This document shows, piece after piece, positions 27,084-36,983 of a DNA stretch of 39,010 nt. Under the pieces are notes generated by a model. It saw nothing but the letters and a program-made list of their open reading frames with translations. It was not told where the DNA came from and searched no databases. The translations under genes and the position numbers were made by a program. Source of the DNA: Nemertoderma westbladi (lineage: Eukaryota; Animalia; Xenacoelomorpha); NCBI GenBank assembly GCA_032718475.1, contig JAUCBJ010001219.1, forward strand, positions 1 to 39,010. Reading direction: 5' to 3'. The stretch's first letter is position 1, and each line of letters opens with the position of its first letter.

Positions 27084-28234
27084 TATTTAATAAAAATACA
27101 CCGTATTCTAGAACATTTTGTTTATCCCATAAGTGGCTGGGCAACAATGCAAATAACTCTGTAATCATACTATTGCGTAGTTAATTTACATAAACAAAGT
27201 ATTCCAGAGTATGGTTTATTTGTTAAATAGAATTTAATAGCCTTGGGCAGGCGCAACACCATGTAACTTTCAAACGCTCATATCTCAGCTATTTTACGAC
27301 AAAATTCAGATTGTGATATATAATTTGCAATCCTTGCATGGCCAGCTTTCCGTCAATATCAACAAATCGCTATAAATAAGGTTGAAGAATAACTGCGGTG
27401 TAACTGGTGCGATATCGGCGGAGACACCTTTTACAAACACAAAATAAAAATTCTGGCTCACCCAGTAAGGAGGAGGGAGGTGAAACTATCTCTGTTTCAA
27501 ATTCCATGCTATATCATTACGATTTGTAGAAAAATTTGGGGGGTTAGAAAAAGTATATGGCGCTTAATCGAACGTAGTTTTAGCTTTTGTATTTACGAAA
27601 TGAATTTTCTCGCCAAAAATTCCTGAGTAATTTCCATCTGTAATTAAATATTATTCAACTAGATTGTCTGGGTACATCCAACCCGACCTTTGTTGCCTTA
27701 GAAAGTAACAAAATAATAAGTTGAGCACACTGCTCTATGGAACGTATATTATTACACGAAGTGGGGCCTTCGCGCAGCACGTGACTTAAATTTAATTTAA
27801 GTACTAATTCGAAAGTATTACTGTATTAGCAAATTTTAAGCAGATTTCGCCTAATCACTTTTTACCTCTTTCATTTCTATTTAGACATTTCTGACTCTAG
27901 CGGTATAGTGAGAACTGAAGATGGATTAGGGTCTCCAGCCCCACAAAGACACAGCCTATGGATGAATAGTACATACGTACATCGGCCAAGTTTCATCTTG
28001 AATAACGGATAACGAAATGAGAGACGGGTCTCACTTTCAGAAATTTCGTCGTATAGCGGCAGACCGATTAAATCTCCCCCCCCCCCCCCCCCCCACAAAG
28101 ACGCAGCATGTGGTCCAGAATATATGGCAAGATTCAGCTTAAACTGATTAAAATCAATGAGATGGGAGAATCTATTCACTTTCAGGCATAAAGTAGTCCT
28201 ATAGCGGGTGACTGTTGAACTGATTTTCAACAAA

Positions 28235-28935
28235 ACAAATTTTCAACTTGGCAGCTTTAAATTCGACAAAGTTATAAGCATGTCAATATCATAACGACGA
28301 CAACGATTTCACTTTCAGACCTTTGGCCCTCTAGCGGCAGACTGGAGAACTGCAGATGGATTCGCCTCCTTTGAAAGTCACAGCTAATGGTCTAATACAT
28401 ATCTGCCAAGTTTCAGCTTAAACGGATTAAAAGCAAAGAAATGGGAGGGCATTTAATGTTTAGACATGTGGCCCTCTAGCGGGAGACCATTGCACTGATG
28501 GTGTCTGAAAGTCTCTCAAAAATCTCAACTTTAGCTCATATTGATACCTACAAATTTTCAACTTGGCAGCTTTAAATCCGACAAAGTTATTAGCATATCA
28601 AAATCGTAACGACGACAACGATTTCACTTTCAGACCTTTGGCCCTCTAGCTGCAGACTGGAGAACTGCAGATGGATTCGCCTCCTTTGAAAGTCACAGCT
28701 AATGGTCTAATACATATCTGCCAAGTTTCAGCTTAAACGGATTAAAAGCAAAGAAATGGGAGGGCATTTAATGTTTAGACATGTGGCCCTCTAGCGGGAG
28801 ACCATTGCACTGATGGTGTCTGAAAGTCTCTCAAAAATCTCAACTTTAGCTCATATTGATACCTACAAATTTTCAACTTGGCAGCTTTAAATCCGACAAA
28901 GTTATTAGCATGTCAAAATCGTAACGACGACGACG
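28235..28935. repeat. 315-bp tandem duplication (about 2.2 copies)
   Basis: ACAAATTTTCAACTTGGCAGC starts at 28235, 28550 and 28865, with near-identical sequence between. Confidence 0.93.
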
Positions 28936-28978
28936 ACGACGACGACAACGACGACGACGACAACTATTTGCATAAATT

Positions 28979-29092
28979 GACCCACCCCCTAACAGTGTCA
29001 ATTCGCTAAGGCTCCGCCAACTTCGTGGCTCGCCCGACCCACCCCCTAACAGTGTCAATTCGCTAAGGCTCCGCCAACTTCGTGGCTCGCCC
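28979..29092. repeat. Perfect 57-bp tandem duplication
   Basis: GACCCACCCCCTAACAG...GGCTCGCCC at 28979-29035 and 29036-29092. Confidence 0.95.
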
Positions 29093-29775
29093 CACAATAA
29101 AATTTTATATTAAACATTTACATAATTGGTTAAAAGAACTTAGATCCATTGTGGTAAGACGTAATTTACATACTTTTGCGTAAAGTAGCACATCCAGTGT
29201 GCTGAGCAGACTGTATTGTTATACGAACGAATGTAGTGAGTGAGTGGAAATAAAGTACTAGTCAACAAGTATAAGCGAATTTTATTACGAAAATATAGTC
29301 TTTTGAAACGGTAAAAATATGAAATCTTTTTATAATTCAATTGGTGGGGTATCTCAAATTTTATAATATAATTTTTAGATTTACATAATATTAACAAGTT
29401 TCACCTATCCAGTCAGAAATTATTGATTGTAGCCGTTGTGGCAGTTGCATGCACTGGTACATTTATCGACCCGACGCAGCCTGTGGTTAGAGCCACGAAG
29501 TAAGGTTAGCCTTAGTGTATACCTAGGTATTTAATATCCCGGGAACTTAACAAAAGCCGCGTTCTTCAGGATCTAAATTCGTTACGCAACGTTTCTTATT
29601 GATATCGAGTTTAATAAATTAATTAATAGATTACCTGAAACATTAACTGCACAACACTGCTTATTACAGTCAAATTATGATAGTAATATTTATACATTAT
29701 TATAAGTAATGATATTATTTGCGCAAACAAAATATAATATATTTGACATTAATTTAATTGCACATTTATTCGGTC

Positions 29776-31461
29776 TCAGTTACTTTCGAATTTTACAATA
29801 TCGTCAGCCTTGGCGTCTCCGACGTAGACCTTCTCTCCATCCTTACTAACAGCTAAATCGTGGGGCATAACGAACTTACCGACGGAGGGTTTGAACACCA
29901 GTTCGTTACACTCACCGATCTGGTTGCAATAGCGCTGATCGCCAGTATTGTAATCTATAATCATACCGACAACATCCTTGTTGTCAATCTGCTCCCCGTT
30001 CACTGCGTATAGGAATCCTACGACGGGGTTGTACGCGATTGCGAACACTCTCCCACCCAAAATCCCGTTCTTAAAACTCTTAACCAGCTCTCCGGAATCC
30101 ACGTCGAAGCACTGAATGCGTCCGTTCTCTCTATCAGCTACGCATAGCGCGTTGTGATCGACAATCATAGCCAAACTATGTGGGACATTGAACGCCTTAC
30201 CACCATCATCATCACCTTTCTTTGATTCCCACACATCTATAACTTCACCTTCTTTGTTGAACCTCAGGATTCTGTTGTTGCAGTAACCGTCAGCCACGAA
30301 GAAGTCGCCGCTCTTTTCGTGGACAGCAACGTCAGTCGGCTTACAAAAATGTTGATGATCCCCACCGGGAACAAATCGCTCTCCCAGCACCATCAGCTGC
30401 GTGCTTCCAGTGTGGTCGTACTTGAAGACCTGATGGAGTGCGACATCAGTCAACCAGAAGTTCATTTCCTCGTCTATCGTTAATCCGTGTGGCAAGTAGA
30501 AGGTGTGGTTCCCCCATCCCTTGAGGACGGCCCCCGTCTCCTGATCCAACTCCACCACGGTGTCTACATCGATAGCGGAGTCGCGGTCTTTCGTGTAAAT
30601 GTTATCGGCATCGAACGTGTCGTCTAACCATTCGTGTTCGCCTCTGTGGAATGCCCACAGGTGGTCCCCTGGACACACATCCAACCCAGACACTTGGCCT
30701 AATCCCTCGTCTTGTTCCGGCCACGAGACCACTTGTTTTAAAACTTCATCGCCCTCGCTGCTCAATACGTCATTGATTAGATGTCTCATGAAATTAATGT
30801 TCTCAGGATTTTCTGGGCTTTTAAGTCTTTGTAACTGTGCGACAATATCTTCTACTTCTTCGTCAGATGCTTCTTCTGGCTCTTCATCGACGTCGTCTAC
30901 AGTGTATTCAATGGCAACGCCAGAGGAGTCTGGAACCTCAGACATATCATCGTAGTGAACTCTCAACACCACGTACTCCACCCCTACATCCGAGACCCTG
31001 GCTGGCTTCTCGAACGGAACGCCTTTCCCGTGTCTCGCCCACGAGTAGATGACCACACTTGGAGACGAACCGCATACATCGTTATCGTTTCTACAGACCC
31101 ATACCTGTTGGTCAGCAGCGGGTGCAGAAGGACAGCCAATCAACGATGCATGATTCACGATGTCTGAGTCGACAGCTGGATCAACTGCCTCTATTACTGT
31201 GTCAGCATCGATCTCAGCTCCAGTGCACAAATAAATATCTTCTACATTGGGAATTATTCCCGGAATAGCTAACCTTTCAACGCCCCGTTTAATGTCCTCT
31301 TGAATACTTTCCTTGTCGCCATTAATATCCTGATAGAGTTTAACATGTACTTCTGCAGTAGGGACGTTTTCGCGATTTGATGACAATGCGGAACACACAG
31401 ACAAGGTGATGACGATGACACCAAATAATGCTCCAATAGTTACATTGTCTGTTTTAGCCAT
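29776..31461 (-). CDS. PAM: PAM-family secreted peptidyl-alpha-hydroxyglycine alpha-amidating lyase (PAL) fused to an isolated, degenerate PHM N-terminal domain; 561 aa from ATG 31461
   Basis: Uninterrupted ORF. Signal-like MAKTDNVTIGALFGVIVITLSVCSALS. PHM-N motifs DIYLC, VNHASLIGC, WVC, IYSWAR, YVVLRVHY, DSSGV. PAL beta-propeller motifs GQVSG, FHRG, FYLPHGLTID, WLTDVALHQVFK, HFCKPTDVAV, ADGYCNNRI, FNVPHSL, CVADRENGRIQCF, MPHDLAVS. No C-terminal TM segment. The track start at 31491 is a non-ATG codon. Confidence 0.93.
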   Translation of the reverse strand: MAKTDNVTIGALFGVIVITLSVCSALSSNRENVPTAEVHVKLYQDINGDKESIQEDIKRGVERLAIPGIIPNVEDIYLCTGAEIDADTVIEAVDPAVDSDIVNHASLIGCPSAPAADQQVWVCRNDNDVCGSSPSVVIYSWARHGKGVPFEKPARVSDVGVEYVVLRVHYDDMSEVPDSSGVAIEYTVDDVDEEPEEASDEEVEDIVAQLQRLKSPENPENINFMRHLINDVLSSEGDEVLKQVVSWPEQDEGLGQVSGLDVCPGDHLWAFHRGEHEWLDDTFDADNIYTKDRDSAIDVDTVVELDQETGAVLKGWGNHTFYLPHGLTIDEEMNFWLTDVALHQVFKYDHTGSTQLMVLGERFVPGGDHQHFCKPTDVAVHEKSGDFFVADGYCNNRILRFNKEGEVIDVWESKKGDDDGGKAFNVPHSLAMIVDHNALCVADRENGRIQCFDVDSGELVKSFKNGILGGRVFAIAYNPVVGFLYAVNGEQIDNKDVVGMIIDYNTGDQRYCNQIGECNELVFKPSVGKFVMPHDLAVSKDGEKVYVGDAKADDIVKFESN

Positions 31462-31789
31462 TGGATCACGTGCATAAGCACACAGGGACACCCAAATTTC
31501 AATAGCAAACTTATTTATCCTAATATTATTCTGATTTATTTATTTATTCCGAAAGTTTTATACTGTACCGGTACTACTGTATGTAAGTAATCAACGATTC
31601 TTGCTAAGTTAATATAACTAAAGGTTCCGAAATAAATCATAACATTTACGAAAGTAAGTAATCCTAAACTTTTTATTATTATTCAGATATATTATGTATT
31701 CTAAATCGAGTGGCAGTAATTACCTAAAGTAGCCTGCCTAACGATATATACTTTTACGTAGCAGGTGGTATCAACTTTCCCATTTATAA

Positions 31790-32150
31790 ACTCACTCTCT
31801 CCCTCCACTGCCGACCCAATTAATGCCGACCTTCAATTAACCAGCAGCTTTTCTGCCTTCGCTTGCCGCCTGCGTAATGACGGAGGCCGAAATGGAATCG
31901 TTGTCTTGGCGACACAGGAAACTTCCAGGAACGAACTAACGCACTCGCCAGGTAGGCAGGCGGTTAATCGTACCGGGAGGACGACTTACAGGAAACTCTC
32001 GCTTGAGTTATCTCGCTCCCTTTATCTTAAGAGATTTACAGAGGATGATCATTGGCCAACGTACTTCTCATTGCACATGGATGGGTGTGTTTTCTTTAGC
32101 GATATGACGTAAGGCGTGGGAAGCTACAGTAATAGGGAGAATCTATACAG
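31790..32150 (-). promoter_or_regulatory. Candidate promoter / non-coding first exon of the PAL gene
   Basis: GC/CpG-richer island about 330 bp upstream of the ATG, ending in a minus-strand GTGAGT donor consensus at 31795-31790. The matching acceptor is unclear. Confidence 0.3.
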
Positions 32151-32653
32151 AAAGTAGCGCTGATAAAAAGCACCGGAACGGGCGCATGGGATTAAACTGA
32201 AGTGAAAATAGAAATGCAAATATTCAGAGGGTTTCGTCAAGAATTTTGTAATTAAGATTCACTTCAAAACTCTATTACTTTTTAACAAACAACGATTATA
32301 AAATCATATTTTTTGGTCTGCAGTAATCTGTTACGGTGAAATATGATATACCGGTACATTTTACAATGGAATGAATTCCATTCCATTCCAGTGCGATTCC
32401 TCCAGAACGATACCCCGGAAACTGGGTACTTTAGTGGTCGCTTAGTGTGAACTACTATTTAAATTTGCAAATTTATTTTATAATCGATTATGATGTGAAA
32501 TTCCAATGAGATTTCGAAATTCGAAATTATGATGAGATTTCAAATCTGAAAACGGCTTAGCAGTAGCTCTTTTAGTTTTCGAGTTATGACACTTTTCATT
32601 AACTCAAAACAATTGAAAATAATTTTAGTGCACAATGTTTAACTACAGTACAT

Positions 32654-32900
32654 TTGGCTATTGAACAAGGCAGATATATATACACGAGTCCCTCGTGACC
32701 AACGTTTGTGTCGATGTGGTTTCGTCGAGGATGAAGACCATTTCCTATTGTGGTGTCCACAATATTCCACTTGCCGATCTACTTTCTTGGGACGTGAACC
32801 CAGTAACTTCACACTACTGGCAGACCCAGTAACTTCACACTACTGGCAGGAATACTGGATAAATCAGGTGTACCAACATTCATCTCCAAGATAATTAAAC
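32654..32900 (+). mobile_element. 5'-truncated LINE fragment (C-terminal Cys/His motif, RTEX/CR1-group-like)
   Basis: LAIEQGR, then after a frameshift TRVPRDQRLCRCGFVEDEDHFLLWCPQY, typical of LINE ORF2 C-termini. Followed by a T-rich UTR-like tract ending in (AAATT)n near 33350. Confidence 0.65.
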
Positions 32901-33557
32901 TACTGTAGGTCTAGTAATCAGTCTGTGACGTGCTAACCCCGCCACCCACACGCCCGTTCTGTGTTTATTATTATCGTTTTGTCAGTTTTGTCCAGTTATC
33001 TTAACTATTTTGTACTACTGTACCTTGTACTCCGTTATTGTCACATTTTGTCCATTATATTTTTGTCTACTTAATTAAACTTTTTTGTATTACTTTGTAT
33101 TCTGTTCTCTGTCACATGTTGTGCGCTATTTTCTCGTGTGTCTCGCTCCATTTTCCATCGCCATCGCCTGTCTGATCTATCTCTGTGAACTTGTTTGCCT
33201 CATTGTTCAACACTCTCTTTAAGTTATTCGTTATTCTTACCTTGTCTATCTCAATGCTTTACTGCACTCAATCGTATATTATTCAGTTCACTTGCTCAAT
33301 GCTCATTGCATTTATATTGTTCTACATATGGTTATACATGTTTGTAAATTAAATTAAATTAATTAAATTTTTATTAAATTAACGTACAGTTTTATTTTCT
33401 TATATTACTATTCCTGTTTTTCATCTAAATGTGTATGTTCATGTAATTACATATTACATATATCTTTATAGTCAATAAAACCATATATACATACACACCT
33501 TTATCATCCTTTTTAGCATTAACGAATGCATTTTGCAGATGGTGTCGTCCGTAGGAA

Positions 33558-34419
33558 TTACGGATAATGCTTTAGAAGGAATTGTGGAGAATGCTCATTT
33601 AGTGTTGCTAGGGGACGAGAATACACCTCGTTCTTTACGTGCCCCCAAAGGTAAAAGTCTAATGGGGTTAAATCATGTGATCTTGGAGGCCAGTGTAATG
33701 GCCCATCAGTACGAATCCATTGTGCTGGAAAGTTGTCATGGTTGGGTGCAATCTTCGCCCGCGTCCAATCTTCGCCCATATCCAAACTACGCCCGGGGGT
33801 AACCTTCGCCCGGAAGGCAATCTTCGCCCGCGTACAATAAGATTCGCCCAATAAGATTTGTGTTAGTAACCACTTTAGTAACAAATTGAGGGATAGGAGC
33901 AGGTTACAGAGACGGCTTTTTCTAACCAAAACAATAAACGATGGTGTTACTAATTGAGGGAAAGGAGCAGGTTACAGAGCCTGCTTCTTCTAACCAAAAC
34001 AATAATTGTTTATTGGGCGAAGGTTGCTCGTGGGCGAAGATTGCCTGCGGGCGAAGGTTTCCGCCGGGCGACGATTGCTGCATACCGTTGTCATTTAGGA
34101 ATTGTCTGACAATCAAGGCACAATGAAGTGGTGCACCATCCTGTTGGAACACGATGTCTGAATTATTTGCTAAAAGCAGACTTGGCATGAAGAACGACTG
34201 GGGAAGCATCGCGTAATTACTGCCGGTGACAGACGCATCTTCAAAAAAGTATGGTCAAATAATGAGCCGATTGTTAGACATCGCAGCCCAGACAGTTAGT
34301 TATGGTGAATCCCGAAACTTCTGAGACACTCAATGCCGATTTTTACGCCCCCAAATTCTGTAGTTCCACCTATTAACCTGTCCGATTAAGTGAAAAGTTG
34401 CATCATCACTGAAAAAGAC
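33558..34419 (-). pseudogene. Tc1/mariner DD41D (rosa/Visitor-type) transposase remnant
   Basis: VFFSDDATFHL...NYRIWG, VWAAM, PYFFE, VFQQDGAPLH and WPPRSHDLTPLDFYLWGHVKNEVY. After removing the nested MITE, I count 41 residues between the second and third Asp. Several stops are present; the N-terminus and TIRs were not found. Confidence 0.88.
33740..34086. mobile_element. 347-bp MITE with 8-bp TSD inserted in the mariner remnant
   Basis: GTTGTCAT is duplicated at 33732-33739 and 34087-34094. Imperfect TIRs are GGTTGGGTGCAATCTTCGCCC / GGGCGACGATTGCTGCATACC. Subterminal TTCGCCC repeats are direct on the left and inverted on the right. Confidence 0.88.
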
Positions 34420-34613
34420 TAATAATAATACTAATAATAATAAATAAATAAATAAACAAATAATAATAATAATACTCAATAATATTAAATAATCGCAATC
34501 CCCAATAATAACGTTAATAATAACGAAGAAACGCGTTGTGTTAAAATTTACCCCCCTTTCCTTATTGTATACAGTTGCGCCAATTAAATTTAATGGAATA
34601 TCAGATGGCTGCC

Positions 34614-36983
34614 ATTAATTTATTTACACGATTATTGCAGAAATCCGTGTAAAATACTTTAATGGAACAGTCTATTAATTTATTTACACGATTGTTGCAG
34701 AAATCCGTGTAAAATACTTTAACGGAACAGTCTATTACCTAATTTATTTACACGATTGTTGCAGAAATCCGTGTAAAATACTTTAATGGAACAGTCTATT
34801 AATTTATTTACACGATTGTTGCAGAAATCCGTGTAAATAATTTAATGGAACAGTCTATTAATTTATTTACACGATTGTTGCAGAAATCCGTGTAAAATAC
34901 TTTAATGGAACAGTCTATTAATTTATTTACACGATTGTTGCAGAAATCCGTGTAAAATACTTTAATGGAACAGTCTATTAATTTATTTACACGATTGTTG
35001 CAGAAATCCGTGTAAAATACTTTAATGGAACAGTCTATTAATTTATTTACACGATTGTTGCAGAAATCCGTGTAAAATACTTTAATGGAACAGTCTATCA
35101 ATTTATTTACACGATTGTTGCAGAAATCCGTGTAAAATACTTTAATGGAACAGTCTATTAATTTATTTACACGATTGTTGCAGAAATCCGTGTAAAATAC
35201 TTTAATGGAACAGTCTATTAATTTATTTACACGATTGTTGCAGAAATCCGTGTAAAATACTTTAATGGAACAGTCTATTAATTTATTTACACGATTGTTG
35301 CAGAAATCCGTGTAAAATACTTTAATGGAACAGTCTATTAATTTATTTACACGATTGTTGCAGAAATCCGTGTAAAATACTTTAATGGAACAGTCTATTA
35401 ATTTATTTACACGATTGTTGCAGAAATCCGTGTAAAATACTTTAATGGAACAGTCTATTAATTTATTTACACGATTGTTGCAGAAATCCGTGTAAAATAC
35501 TTTAATGGAACAGTCTATTAATTTATTTACACGATTGTTGCAGAAATCCGTGTAAAATACTTTAATGGAACAGTCTATTAATTTATTTACACGATTGTTG
35601 CAGAAATCCGTGTAAAATACTTTAATGGAACAGTCTATTAATTTATTTACACGATTGTTGCAGAAATCCGTGTAAAATACTTTAATGGAACAGTCTATTA
35701 ATTTATTTACACGATTGTTGCAGAAATCCGTGTAAAATACTTTAATGGAACAGTCTATTAATTTATTTACACAATTGTTGCAGAAATCCGTGTAAATAAT
35801 TTAATGGAACAGTCTATTAATTTATTTACACGATTGTTGCAGAAATCCTTGTAAAATACTTTAATGGAACAGTCTATTAATTTATTTACACGATTGTTGC
35901 AGAAATCCGTGTAAAATACTTTAATGGAACAGTCTATTAATTTATTTACACGATTGTTTCAGAAATCCGTGTAAAATACTTTAATGGAACAGTCTATTAA
36001 TTTATTTACACGATTGTTGCAGAAATCCGTGTAAATAATTTAATGGAACAGTCTATTAATTTATTTACACGATTGTTGCAGAAATCCGTGTAAAATACTT
36101 TAATGGAACAGTCTATTAATTTATTTACACGATTATTGCAGAAATCCGTGTAAAATACTTTAATGGAACAGTCTATTAATTTATTTACACGATTGTTGCA
36201 GAAATCCGTGTAAAATACTTTAATGGAACAGTCTATTAATTTATTTACACGATTATTGCAGAAATCCGCGTAAAATACTTTAATGGAACAGTCTATTAAT
36301 TTATTTACACGATTGTTGCAGAAATCCGTGTAAAATACTTTAATGGAACAGTCTATTAATTTATTTACACGATTGTTGCAGAAATCCGTGTAAATAATTT
36401 AATGAAACAGTCTATTAATTTATTTACACGATTGTTGCAGAAATCCGTGTAAAATACTTTAATGGGACAGTCTATTAATTTATTTACACGATTGTTGCAG
36501 AAATCAGTGTAAATAATTTAATGAAACAGTCTATTAATTTATTTACACGATTGTTGCAGAAATCCGTGTAAAATACTTTAATGGAACAGTCTATTAATTT
36601 ATTTACACGATTGTTGCAGAAATCCGTGTAAAATACTTTAATGGAACAGTCTATTAATTTATTTACACGATTGTTGCAGAAATCCGTGCAAAATACTTTA
36701 ATGGAACAGTCTATTAATTTATTTACACGATTGTTGCAGAAATCCGTGTAAAATACTTTAATGGAACAGTCTATTAATTTATTTACACGATTGTTGCAGA
36801 AATCCGTGTAAAATACTTTAATGGAACAGTCTATTAATTTATTTACACGATTGTTGCAGAAATCCGTGTAAAATACTTTAATGGAACAGTCTATTAATTT
36901 ATTTACACGATTGTTGCAGAAATCCGTGTAAAATACTTTAATGGAACAGTCTATTAATTTATTTACACGATTATTGCAGAAAT
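34614..36983. repeat. 60-bp minisatellite, about 39 copies (ATTAATTTATTTACACGATTGTTGCAGAAATCCGTGTAAAATACTTTAATGGAACAGTCT)
   Basis: Read directly. A recurrent 59-bp variant (GTAAATAATTTAAT) and scattered SNPs occur. Confidence 0.99.

Larger units (their letters stand above)
24509..27543. mobile_element. Foldback MITE (about 0.8 kb when empty) with long imperfect inverted arms, interrupted by a Helitron
   Basis: 24515-24833 is the diverged reverse complement of 27236-27540. Symmetry resumes after the Helitron (27084-27125 vs about 27189-27235). TSD and superfamily were not determined. Confidence 0.8.
27750..29100 (-). mobile_element. DINE/HINE-like (Helentron-associated) non-autonomous element
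   Basis: Read on the minus strand: T-rich start, short palindromic/subterminal motif (GTGGGGC...GCCACGAAGTTGGC), (GTC)n microsatellite at 28925-28962, then central repeats. The far end at 27755-27767 (CACGAAGTGGGGC) is complementary to motifs at 29077-29095. Boundaries are approximate. Confidence 0.55.

Noticed and set aside
30599-31268. Plus-strand ORFs overlapping the PAL gene
   Set aside because: They are antisense shadows of a genuine CDS.
34808-35101. 97-aa repeat ORF
   Set aside because: It is a translation of the 60-bp array created by a single SNP start codon.
8296-36983. CRISPR-like palindromic repeats
   Set aside because: Units are head-to-tail with no unique spacers, there are no cas genes, and the context is eukaryotic.
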